From the NCBI GenBank assembly GCA_965228735.1, contig OZ245838.1:3200001-3264000 (forward strand): DNA of 64,000 nucleotides, written 5' to 3'. The notes under the pieces are model-generated. The model saw only the letters and a list, made by a program, of their open reading frames with translations, did not search any database and had not been told where the DNA came from. This document shows, in pieces, positions 45,855 through 54,945 of the stretch (positions are counted from its first letter, which is position 1; each line of letters starts with the position of its first letter). The DNA is from Planctomycetota bacterium (lineage in GTDB: Bacteria; Planctomycetota; UBA1135; UBA2386). Position numbers and translations under genes: made by a program.

Positions 45855-48800
45855 CTACCGCACGACGTGCAGCGTCCCGTGGATCACGGGCCGCAGGACC
45901 TGTTCGTCCGGCGTCTCGACGTTGCACCGGATCTCGAGCCCCATCGTCGGGGCGAGGTCGGGTATCCGCAGCCTCACGGTGCGACCGTCCGCCTGCAGTT
46001 CGGCTGCCGGCACAGTCAACGTGCGCTCGTCCACGTGCTTGCTGCCGTAGCGCGCCGACCGCGTGAGCTGCCACGTCTTGACGCCGTAGCTCTCGGGATC
46101 GTTCGCCGTCTCGGGGTCGAGCCTCGTGCCGAACTGCAGTTCGAGGCCGCCCTCGATCGTGCGCATTCCGACCGGCATCGCGACCGGGCCGCCCGTGTAG
46201 CGCACGCGATAGAACCCGCCCGGTCGCGTCCGCGCCCCGGACCAACCGTAGAGGCCGCAGCAGAACAGCTGCCCTGATGGCGCATGGAATCGACCACGCA
46301 TGATGCCGGTCGGGAAGGCGGCGATCGGCAGCGCCGTCATGCCACCCTGCCAGACCTCGCCGACCTGATCCTCGAGCACGAGGAAGACGCGGCCCATGCC
46401 GTAGCTCAGCTGGAGCAGCGCGCCCGCGGGCAGCCCCCAGCGCGAACCCTCGACCCGCACGAGCTCCGCGGGCGACCGATCGAACGCGTTCGTGAGCCAG
46501 CACAGCGGCGGCTCCATGTCCTCGTCCGCGGTGCTCTCGCGGTCGTGATAGCCCATCATGTTGCCGTAGAACCCGCCGGGCACGACGCGGTTGATGCGGT
46601 TCTTCGGCGTCCAGTTGCCTTCCTGATCCGTGACGAAGAACGAGCCGTCGTCGTTGACGCACACGCCGTTGGCGGCGCGGAAGCCGTTCGCCACGATCTC
46701 GGTGCGTGATCCGTCCCGCGTCACCTTGAGCAACGTGCCGTGGTGCGGCACGAGCGCCGTCTTCGCGTGGCGCGCTGACTTGCAGTAGTAGAAGTCGCCG
46801 AGAGCGTCCGTCTGCAGCCCCATGGCGAACTCATGGAAGTGCTCGGTGACCTGATGGTCGTTGTTGAAGCAGCGGTAGAAGTCGGTCTCGCCGTCGCCGT
46901 TGCGATCCTCGAGCACGCAGATCTGATCGCGGCAGCTGACGTAGATCGTCTCGTCCACGATGCGCACCCCGAGCGGCTGGAACAGCCCGGCCGCGATGCG
47001 GCGCCACGTCACCTCGGTCATCGCGTCACCGATGCCGCTCACGATCCAGACGTCGCCGTTCCACGTCGACACGGCCGCGCGGGTGCCATCGGCGAAGAAG
47101 TCGAAGCCGCCGAGGCGCAGCCAGCTGTGCCACGGGTTCTTGCCGAGGTCCGGCAGCACGAGCTCGTCGACCGCGTAGGCGCCCGCCCTCTCGCCCTCGC
47201 CCCGACGCACGGGCATCGTCACCGTCTCACGCCACTGCGCGGGCCCGCCGCCGACGAAGTCGGACGGCCACTCATCGGTCGCGAGCACCGCCCACGCGTC
47301 GAGCAGCTCGCGCCGCCCGTTCGACATCAGCAGCCGACATCGCAGGGCGTCGCCGGCCGCGATTCGCAGGACGTGGAAGCCCGCCTCCTGCTCGAGTCGC
47401 GCGCCCGGCACCGCCGTGTCGAGCCGAACGGAGACCGCCGCGGGCGCGACCCGCATCGCGAGCGCGTTCGCGCCGGCGCCGACCTCGAGGGTGCGCGTGA
47501 CGACCTCCACCCCCGCGGTGCCGACGAGCCCGGGCAACTCGAGCACCGTGCGGTCGCCGACCGTGTACTCGAACACCGACCGGCCACCGTGCTGGTGGCG
47601 ACCGAGGAAGCGAGCCCACGCGCGCGGCAGCGGTCCGTAGGGGCGACCGTCCCGATCGAGCGGGCGCGGATCGTCGAAGGTCCCGGTCGCGGGATCGGCC
47701 CAACCAGGCCCGACCGGATTGGTGAACACCGCGTCGCCGGCGATGTGCGCGTGCGTGTTGTGCGAACCGTCGAACGCGACGCCCTTCCAGTCGATGAAGC
47801 CCTCGCCGCGCCACACCGCCGCGACGTTCATCAGGTCGTGGTCGAACGCGAGGAACGTGTTGCCGCGCGCGAGGCCGCCGGCCCCGTCGTCGAGTCGCAC
47901 CCCGATCGCCTTCTGCGCGATGTTCTGGCGCGCGACCTCGTAGGTCCAATGCAGCGCGTTGCCGTAGTCCATGCGGCGATACGGCGGCAGATCGTCGGTG
48001 CTCGCGTTCTCGGCCGGGGCGTTGGCCATTCCCGGCGGCAGCGTCGCGAGGTAGTCCGCATCGCTGCCCACCTCCGGCAACCCGAGCTCCGCGCGCAGCC
48101 AGTGGATCACGTCGTAGCGCGGCCCCGTCGGGATCCAGTCCATCGCGGCCTTGTCGCCGAAGCCTTCTTCGAGTGTCCGGTAGAGCGCGAGCGGGTCGTC
48201 GCCACGCTGCAAACCGCTCGCGAACGCTTCGCGCGGCTCGGAGTGACACGAACTGCACAGCGCCGCATAGAGCTTCCGGCCCCGCGCGAGTGCCATGTCA
48301 TCGCAACCGAGGATCGCCGTTCGGTGGTCGACCGTCGCGAGCGGTCGCAGCCAGACGTTGGCGAAGCGCACGGGGGAGCTGTCCGCCTGCAGCCGAATCG
48401 GCGACTGCACGACGACGCGATCGGACGCGGGTTCGTCGCCAGCTTCGTCGGCCTTGGGTGTCCAGGTCAGCGCCACGTCACCGAGATCGACGACCTCGCC
48501 GCGCGACCACTGCTTCGCCTTGGCGTTGGTGATGCCGTGTTCGAGCACGAGCACGTCCGAGATCCGGCCCTGGAACGCGCCGCCGAAGTCCGTCGCCGTC
48601 GCGCCGATCTTGAAGACGTGACCGGGCTCGTCGGGCGCCACGAAGTCCGCGCGGGTCGCGACGAGCTGACCGTCGACGAACATCCGCGCTTCGCCGGCGT
48701 CATGGGTCAGCACGACGCGGTGCCACCTGCCGTCGTCGAACCTCCGCCTGCTCTGCATCATCCCGACCCAGCCGATGTCGTAGACGAGGCGCCCGCCGCG

Positions 48801-50330
48801 CAGGAACAGCGTCTTGCCGTTCGGCTGCCACTCACCGGACGGCGGCGCCTTGCTGGCCACCGTCCCGCCCTTCCTCGTCCGGAAGCGCCCGGCGATCGTG
48901 AACTCGCCGTCGCCGAAGTCGAACGACTCCGCGGGTGATCGCGCGTAACGCACGCCACCACCGGCCGCGACCGAACGGGCTCCGGGTGGTTCCGCGCGGA
49001 AGCCGTACGCCGTGCGCTCGCGCAATCGCACGCGGTCGTGGATCGGCACGCCGTTGAGCCATGCGCTCAGGACCGGATCCTGGTCCTGCAGGTGGCGGTA
49101 GTGGAGGTCGAGCGACTGCCAGGTACCGGCCGCTCGACTCGCGTCGGCCTCCGGCGCGGTCTGCCCGTAGACCGCGCCGCAGGCCAGCTCCGCCGGCACA
49201 TCACCGCGGTCGGCGATCTGCACCTCGTAGCGGCCACCGAGATAGATACCGCTCTGACCGCGGAACGCCGCCGGGCTGCCGGGCTCGACCGGAACGCAGA
49301 AGTCGACGTGCAGGTGATAGTCGCCGAACGACTCGCGCGTCATGACGTCGCCGAAGCCGGGACGCGCGACGAGCGCACCGTTCTCGACGTGCCACCGCGC
49401 CGCGTCGTAGACCGGGCCACCGCTGGAGCTGTCGGCGCGGCGGTCGATGCCGATCGCGAGCGGTTCGACGCTCGGGTCGTAGTGCCGCCACGCTGCGGCG
49501 TCGCTGCCGTCGAACAACACCGTCGCATCCGCGGGGGCAGCCAACGCGGGCGGCGCCGGGATCGGAGCGGCTGCGGGCACGGGCCTTCTCAGCACGTCCG
49601 CCGGCGCGAACATGCCGTTCGTCGGCACCTCGCGCTCGAGGCACCAGAGCACCGCGTTGCCGAGCAACCGCTGGAAGTCCGCACGCTCGAAGTTCTCGCG
49701 GCTGCCGAGCGACGTGTAGAAGATCCGCGACTCGGGCCGGTAGCGGTTGAGCCACGCGATCGGCTCCGCCGGCAGCCGACCGGTCCGCCCCAGCAGCAAC
49801 ACCGTCGCTTCGTCACCGAGCGGCTGCGCGTTGTACGTGCCGCCGTGCCCCATCGCGACGGTCGTCGCCACGCCACGCACGACCGGATGCGCCGCCGCAG
49901 CCATTGGCACGTAGCTCACCGTGCCCTGACCGTTCGGCGCGTGCGCCTTGTAGTGCCCGCCGAAGAACGGCGGAAACCAGCCCTTCTGGTCCTGGAACGC
50001 GTGACTCGTCGTGCGCAGCGCGACGCACGGCTTGCCCGCATCGAACCACGCGCGCAACCGCGCGAACTGCGCGTCGGTCGCGGTCCGAAACCGCAGGAAC
50101 AGCACGAGCAGGTCCGCAGTGTCGAGCGCGTCGAGCGCGGGCAGCTCGTTGCGTTCACTCTCGAGGACCGTGACACGCAGGCCGAGCTCAGCGCGGAGTC
50201 GCTGCGCGAACGCGGGCATGGTTTCGTCCGACCCGTACTCCCGTTCGCCGACGAGGAAGACGACGTGCGACCGGCCGGCCTGCGCGAACACGGCTGCGGC
50301 GAGGACGAGAACGGCGACGAGGGTCCGCAT
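45855..50330 (-). CDS. secreted multidomain protein: ThuA-like + DUF1080 (LamG insert) + cytochrome c + DUF6797-like + dehydrogenase-type beta-propeller
   Basis: Signal MRTLVAVLVLAAAVFA|Q; ALRTTSHAF/IFYTSLG; LFDGSD...RYEVQI; DDGRWHRVV..MFVDG; CSSCH; MDYG...NIAQKAI; GLFQPLG...HFHEFA...GFRAANG. Confidence 0.85.
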   Translation of the reverse strand: MRTLVAVLVLAAAVFAQAGRSHVVFLVGEREYGSDETMPAFAQRLRAELGLRVTVLESERNELPALDALDTADLLVLFLRFRTATDAQFARLRAWFDAGKPCVALRTTSHAFQDQKGWFPPFFGGHYKAHAPNGQGTVSYVPMAAAAHPVVRGVATTVAMGHGGTYNAQPLGDEATVLLLGRTGRLPAEPIAWLNRYRPESRIFYTSLGSRENFERADFQRLLGNAVLWCLEREVPTNGMFAPADVLRRPVPAAAPIPAPPALAAPADATVLFDGSDAAAWRHYDPSVEPLAIGIDRRADSSSGGPVYDAARWHVENGALVARPGFGDVMTRESFGDYHLHVDFCVPVEPGSPAAFRGQSGIYLGGRYEVQIADRGDVPAELACGAVYGQTAPEADASRAAGTWQSLDLHYRHLQDQDPVLSAWLNGVPIHDRVRLRERTAYGFRAEPPGARSVAAGGGVRYARSPAESFDFGDGEFTIAGRFRTRKGGTVASKAPPSGEWQPNGKTLFLRGGRLVYDIGWVGMMQSRRRFDDGRWHRVVLTHDAGEARMFVDGQLVATRADFVAPDEPGHVFKIGATATDFGGAFQGRISDVLVLEHGITNAKAKQWSRGEVVDLGDVALTWTPKADEAGDEPASDRVVVQSPIRLQADSSPVRFANVWLRPLATVDHRTAILGCDDMALARGRKLYAALCSSCHSEPREAFASGLQRGDDPLALYRTLEEGFGDKAAMDWIPTGPRYDVIHWLRAELGLPEVGSDADYLATLPPGMANAPAENASTDDLPPYRRMDYGNALHWTYEVARQNIAQKAIGVRLDDGAGGLARGNTFLAFDHDLMNVAAVWRGEGFIDWKGVAFDGSHNTHAHIAGDAVFTNPVGPGWADPATGTFDDPRPLDRDGRPYGPLPRAWARFLGRHQHGGRSVFEYTVGDRTVLELPGLVGTAGVEVVTRTLEVGAGANALAMRVAPAAVSVRLDTAVPGARLEQEAGFHVLRIAAGDALRCRLLMSNGRRELLDAWAVLATDEWPSDFVGGGPAQWRETVTMPVRRGEGERAGAYAVDELVLPDLGKNPWHSWLRLGGFDFFADGTRAAVSTWNGDVWIVSGIGDAMTEVTWRRIAAGLFQPLGVRIVDETIYVSCRDQICVLEDRNGDGETDFYRCFNNDHQVTEHFHEFAMGLQTDALGDFYYCKSARHAKTALVPHHGTLLKVTRDGSRTEIVANGFRAANGVCVNDDGSFFVTDQEGNWTPKNRINRVVPGGFYGNMMGYHDRESTADEDMEPPLCWLTNAFDRSPAELVRVEGSRWGLPAGALLQLSYGMGRVFLVLEDQVGEVWQGGMTALPIAAFPTGIMRGRFHAPSGQLFCCGLYGWSGARTRPGGFYRVRYTGGPVAMPVGMRTIEGGLELQFGTRLDPETANDPESYGVKTWQLTRSARYGSKHVDERTLTVPAAELQADGRTVRLRIPDLAPTMGLEIRCNVETPDEQVLRPVIHGTLHVVR

Positions 50331-50377
50331 CCGCGCGAACATACCGACCCCGCGACAACAGCCGTCCGGTACCTGGT

Positions 50378-51649
50378 TCAAACTGCAACGATCGACGACA
50401 CGTCGATCACGTGCATCTGCCGCCCCCCGCCGGCGTGCGGGGAGTCGATGCAGACCGTGCGTCCGTCGTTGCTCGTGCGCGGGTGCAGATCGCACCGCCA
50501 CTCGCCGCGGTAGGCCTTCGGCAGCTCGAACGCGCCGAGCTCGTGGCGTTTGCCCGTCGGCACGTGGAACAGGTACGGGCGCTGCTTGCGTTCGCGATCG
50601 GGATACGTGTCGCAGAGGATCCAGTCGGTGTCGGTCGGCAGGTAGGTGTTGTGGCCGTCGCGCGTCATCACGCCGGCACCCACGGCTTCGATGTCTCGCG
50701 TTCGATCGCGATAGACGTAGAAGCCGCTCGGCTTGCCCGCGGGCCGGGTCCACATGCAGACGTGCTCGGGGTCGCGCCAGATGAAGTGCGACACGAGCCC
50801 GGCCGGGTTGAGCAGGAACACGTCGCTGCCGTCCTCGGCGTTCGCCGTGATCATGCGCGTACGAAAGCCGCCCGTCGGTCGACCGGTCTTCGCATGGCGC
50901 TGGCGCCACCGATGCAGCGCGATGAAGCGCGCGCCGTCCGGACTCACGAGCAGGTGGTTGAAGTAGTGCCAGACGTCGTCGAGCACCTCGCCGTCGTGCG
51001 GGATCTTCGCGATGTCCGCGAGCGCCAGGATCGTGCGATGCTCGCCGGTCTCGAGGTCGAGCCGGACGATGCCCGTGCCGGCCGGCGCGAGCTCGTCGGC
51101 GAACGGATCCGCCACGCCGACGTAACCGTAGCCGGGTCGCATGACCTGCAGCCGCGCGAAGTCGAGCGTGAGCGCGAAGCGCCCGTCGGGGCTCACGGCA
51201 TAGATCGGCTGCTCCAGCTCGCGCATCGTCTCGTTCTCGACGTCGAGCACGCGGCAGACGAAACGGTCGCCCGCGCGGTCGTTCCACAGCACCTCACGTC
51301 GAGAACCCGGCCGCCACTGCAGCATGCAGCCCTGCTGCCAGCCCCACGCGCGACTCGCGCCGAGCTCGATCCACGCGTCGTCCTTCTCGAGGTCGACCAT
51401 GCCGACCCGGATCACGTCGTCGGGGCGCGGGGTGCGGTGCTCGAACGTGACCTCGTTGCCGAGCACGAAACGGTCGGTCGGGTCGAACTGCAGCTTGTCG
51501 TAGTAGCCGAACCAGTGATGGCGCGGCCCGCGGGTGATCGTGCGAGTCGGGAGCCGAAGCGGGCCACCGGAGCGACGCGTGGAGAGCAGACAGGAACCGG
51601 TGGCGGCGGCGCCCGCGACGAGGAACTCGCGCCGATCGAGGGATCCCAT
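50378..51649 (-). CDS. Tat-exported beta-propeller protein (oligogalacturonate lyase/TolB-like)
   Basis: Twin-arginine signal LDRREFL; HHWFGYYD, AWGWQQGCMLQW, FNHLL.SPDG, RCDLHPR. Confidence 0.75.
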   Translation of the reverse strand: MGSLDRREFLVAGAAATGSCLLSTRRSGGPLRLPTRTITRGPRHHWFGYYDKLQFDPTDRFVLGNEVTFEHRTPRPDDVIRVGMVDLEKDDAWIELGASRAWGWQQGCMLQWRPGSRREVLWNDRAGDRFVCRVLDVENETMRELEQPIYAVSPDGRFALTLDFARLQVMRPGYGYVGVADPFADELAPAGTGIVRLDLETGEHRTILALADIAKIPHDGEVLDDVWHYFNHLLVSPDGARFIALHRWRQRHAKTGRPTGGFRTRMITANAEDGSDVFLLNPAGLVSHFIWRDPEHVCMWTRPAGKPSGFYVYRDRTRDIEAVGAGVMTRDGHNTYLPTDTDWILCDTYPDRERKQRPYLFHVPTGKRHELGAFELPKAYRGEWRCDLHPRTSNDGRTVCIDSPHAGGGRQMHVIDVSSIVAV

Positions 51650-51700
51650 CGCGGCATGCTATCCAACGCGGCCGCCCGGTGGTGGTATCGTTCTCGCCCG

Positions 51701-54268
51701 GTGTCGTCGTTGCCTCCCGAAGACCGAATCGAACAGCTCGTCGCGGATTGCCTCGACGCCGACGATCCCCTGGCCGCGCTGACAGCGGGCGCTGCGGACT
51801 GGACCGACGCCGATCGCGCGCGAGCCCGCCGCGTGCTCGAGGCCGTACTCGAGCACGAACGCGAGGGCGACGCGAACGCCACGCCGTCGCCGGCGATGCC
51901 GGAGATCGAGGGGTTCCGCGTGGTGCGAACCCTCGCCTCGGGCGGCATGGGCACGGTCTATCTCGCGCGCCAGGAGGCGCCCGTGCGGCGCAACGTCGCG
52001 ATCAAGGTCATCCGGGACGATCTGACCGCGGGCCAGGTGCGCCAGCGCTTCGAGCTCGAACGCCGCGCGCTCGCGCTCATGGAGCACGACAGCATCGCGC
52101 GGATCTACCACACGGGCACGACGGCCGACGGCCGCCCCTACCTCGTGATGGAGTACGTGCCCGGACAGCCGATCACGGGCTACTGCGACGCCGTGCGGCT
52201 CGACACCCGTTCGCGCCTCGCGCTGTTCGAGAAGGTCTGCCTCGCGATCCAGCACGCCCACCACCGCGGCATCATCCACCGCGACCTCAAGCCGTCGAAC
52301 ATCCTCGTCAGCGACACGGGCGAGCAGCCGCTGCCGAAGGTGATCGACTTCGGCCTCGCGCGGCCGACGAGTTCGCAGCTCATGGATGTCTCGATCCACA
52401 CGCAGCACGGCGCGCTCGTCGGCACCCCGGCCTACATGAGCCCCGAGCAGGCCGAGAACGCGGCCGAAGAGGTCGACACCAGGACGGACATCTACTCGCT
52501 CGGCGCGATCCTCTACGAGTTGCTGACCGGCGCGCTGCCGCTCGGGGCGGAGGAGCTGCGGGGCACACCGGCGGACGTGCAGCGCAAGATCAAGGACAGC
52601 GACGTGCCGCGCCCGAGCTCGCGCGTGTCCTCGGGCGATGCGACCTCGGACGAAGTCGCGAAGAGGCGCGGTGCGAACGCGGCGGCGCTCTCGCGCAAGC
52701 TGCGCGGCGAGCTCGACTGGATCGTGCTCAAGGCGATGGAACGCGATCGCTCGCGGCGCTACCAGACGGCCAACGAGTTCGCCGCGGACATCAGGCGCTA
52801 CCTCACGGACGAGCCCGTCGCGGCCGGCCCGCCGACGCTCGGCTACCGGCTGCAGAAGCTCATCGTTCGGCATCGCCGCACCGCGATGACGGCCGCGCTC
52901 TTCGTGCTGCTCCTCGTCGTCGGAGTGATCGTCAGCACGACGTTCTACTTCGAATCGCAGCGCAACCTCGCCCAGTTCGACCTCGTGCGCTACCGCATCG
53001 AGCTCGACGACGCGATCGCTGCGGCCGGCGAGTTGTATCCGGCGCAGCCCGACAACATCGACGCGTTGCGCAGTTGGCTCGCCCAACGCGCGGAGCCATT
53101 GCGCGGCGCGCGCAAGCTCGTCGAGGCCGCGCTCGCCGATCGCCCCGAAGTCCTCGACGACAGCCGGCAACGATTCTTGTTCGAAACGATGACGCGGCTG
53201 CAGACGGACCTCGATACGTTCCTCGCGCCCGCGACCGGGCTGGTCGCCGACGTGCAGGAACGGCTGGAATGGGCCGGCAAGGTCCACTCACTGAGCATCG
53301 AGCGGCATCGTGAACGGTGGGCCGAAGCCAGCGCCGCGCTGCGGCAGCCTGGCCCGGAGCTGCATGCCGGCTACCGCGCGCAACCGATCGAGCTGCAACC
53401 GCAGATCGGGCTCGTGCCGATCGGTCGCAACCCCGTTACCGGGCTTTGGGAGTTCTATCACCTGCGATCCGCGGCCAACCCGGACGTCGTGCCCGAGCAC
53501 CGCTCGGACGGCTCGATCCGCCTGACACCGGACACCGGCATCGTCTTCGTTCTCGTCCCGGGCGGCACGGACTGGATCGGCGTGCAGTCCGCCGACCCCA
53601 ACGCGCCGAACCACGATCCGATGTCGGTCGCGGCTGGCGGCGAGGGGCCGCCGCGCGAGGCCACGTTCGATCCGTTCTTCGTCGCGCGCCACGAGGTCAC
53701 CCAGGGCCAGTGGCAGCGGCTCACGCGCGGCGATCTGCCGGCGTACTACAAGGTCGGGACCCAACCCGCGGGCATGACGGTTCCGATCTCGCCGTGCCAC
53801 CCGGTGGAGACGGTCTCGCAGGCGCGGAGCGAGCGGGTGCTCGAGCAGCACGGCTTGCTGCTGCCGAGCGAGATCGAGTGGGCCTACTGCTGCCGCGCTG
53901 GTTCCGACACGCCGTGGTATCCCGGCAGTTCGAGCGAGGACCTCGAGGGGCACGCCAACGTCCACGACCAGACCTCGGCGGCGAAGTACCCGGGCCTCGG
54001 CCCCGGCGCACCGTTCCACGACGGCTTTCTGTATCACGCCCCGGTCGGCTCGTTCAGCGCGAATGCGTTCGGGCTGTTCGACGTCCACGGCAACGTGTTC
54101 GAGTGGTGCCGGCGCCGCAGCGGCGAGGAGCGGGCGTGCGCACGCGGCGGCGCGTTCAACGTGATGCCGCGATACGCGCGCTGCGGGATGCGGCATCGGC
54201 TGCTGCCCGACTACAAGAACCACCTGATGGGCGTCCGCGCGATCCGTAGGATCGGAGGACAATCGTGA
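51701..54268 (+). CDS. Ser/Thr kinase + TM + FGE-sulfatase (SUMF1/EgtB/PvdO)-like domain
   Basis: ASGGMG, VAIK, HRDLKPSN, DFG, GTPAYMSPEQ; TM; HEVTQGQW, LPSEIEW..CRAG, NAFGLFDVHGNVFEW, RGG; start GTG 51701 inferred. Confidence 0.92.
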   Translation: MSSLPPEDRIEQLVADCLDADDPLAALTAGAADWTDADRARARRVLEAVLEHEREGDANATPSPAMPEIEGFRVVRTLASGGMGTVYLARQEAPVRRNVAIKVIRDDLTAGQVRQRFELERRALALMEHDSIARIYHTGTTADGRPYLVMEYVPGQPITGYCDAVRLDTRSRLALFEKVCLAIQHAHHRGIIHRDLKPSNILVSDTGEQPLPKVIDFGLARPTSSQLMDVSIHTQHGALVGTPAYMSPEQAENAAEEVDTRTDIYSLGAILYELLTGALPLGAEELRGTPADVQRKIKDSDVPRPSSRVSSGDATSDEVAKRRGANAAALSRKLRGELDWIVLKAMERDRSRRYQTANEFAADIRRYLTDEPVAAGPPTLGYRLQKLIVRHRRTAMTAALFVLLLVVGVIVSTTFYFESQRNLAQFDLVRYRIELDDAIAAAGELYPAQPDNIDALRSWLAQRAEPLRGARKLVEAALADRPEVLDDSRQRFLFETMTRLQTDLDTFLAPATGLVADVQERLEWAGKVHSLSIERHRERWAEASAALRQPGPELHAGYRAQPIELQPQIGLVPIGRNPVTGLWEFYHLRSAANPDVVPEHRSDGSIRLTPDTGIVFVLVPGGTDWIGVQSADPNAPNHDPMSVAAGGEGPPREATFDPFFVARHEVTQGQWQRLTRGDLPAYYKVGTQPAGMTVPISPCHPVETVSQARSERVLEQHGLLLPSEIEWAYCCRAGSDTPWYPGSSSEDLEGHANVHDQTSAAKYPGLGPGAPFHDGFLYHAPVGSFSANAFGLFDVHGNVFEWCRRRSGEERACARGGAFNVMPRYARCGMRHRLLPDYKNHLMGVRAIRRIGGQS

Positions 54269-54867
54269 CCGACGATGGTGCAGGTGGCAGCGGCAAAGAG
54301 CGTCTCGAACAGCTGCTCGTCGAGCACCTGCCCTACCTGCGGGCCTACATCCGCCTGCGGACCAACCGCGCGATCCGAGCACGCGAGTCGCGCACCGACC
54401 TCGTGCAGTCCGTCTGCCGCGAGTTGCTGCAGGGTTCGAGTCACTTCCAGTTCCAGGGCGACGCCGCGTTCCGCAAGTGGCTCTGCACCGCGGCGCTGCG
54501 CAAGATCGTCGAACGCGACCGGGCGATGCACCGGCAGAAGCGCGACGTCGACCGCGAGGAGCACGCCGCGACCGACTCGCGCCAGGGCGCGCTGCTCGAC
54601 GCCTACGCGACGGTGAGCACGCCGAGTGTGGTGCTCTCGCGGAAGGAGAACATCGCGGCCCTCGAAGCCGCGTTCGACCGCCTGCCCGACGAGTATCGCG
54701 AGATCATCACGCTCGCGAAGATCGTCGGCCTGTCGCACGCCGAGATCGCCGCGCAGATGGAACGCACGGAGGCCGCGACCCGGCAGTTGTTGCGGCGCGC
54801 GCTGATCCGGCTCGAGATGCTGCTCGACGACGCGGACGGCGGCGGCGGCGACGGCGGCGGAGACTGA
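54265..54867 (+). CDS. ECF RNA polymerase sigma-70 factor (kinase-associated)
   Basis: GGAGGA RBS, GTGA overlap with the kinase stop; DLVQSVC..FRKWL; RLPDEYREIITL...GLSHAEIA. Confidence 0.92.
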   Translation: MTDDGAGGSGKERLEQLLVEHLPYLRAYIRLRTNRAIRARESRTDLVQSVCRELLQGSSHFQFQGDAAFRKWLCTAALRKIVERDRAMHRQKRDVDREEHAATDSRQGALLDAYATVSTPSVVLSRKENIAALEAAFDRLPDEYREIITLAKIVGLSHAEIAAQMERTEAATRQLLRRALIRLEMLLDDADGGGGDGGGD

Positions 54868-54945
54868 GGTTTTTCCGCGAAGTCGGCGTCACACGCCGGG
54901 GAGGCTGCCCATCGGTCTGGTGAATCAACACCCGAGACACCAGCC

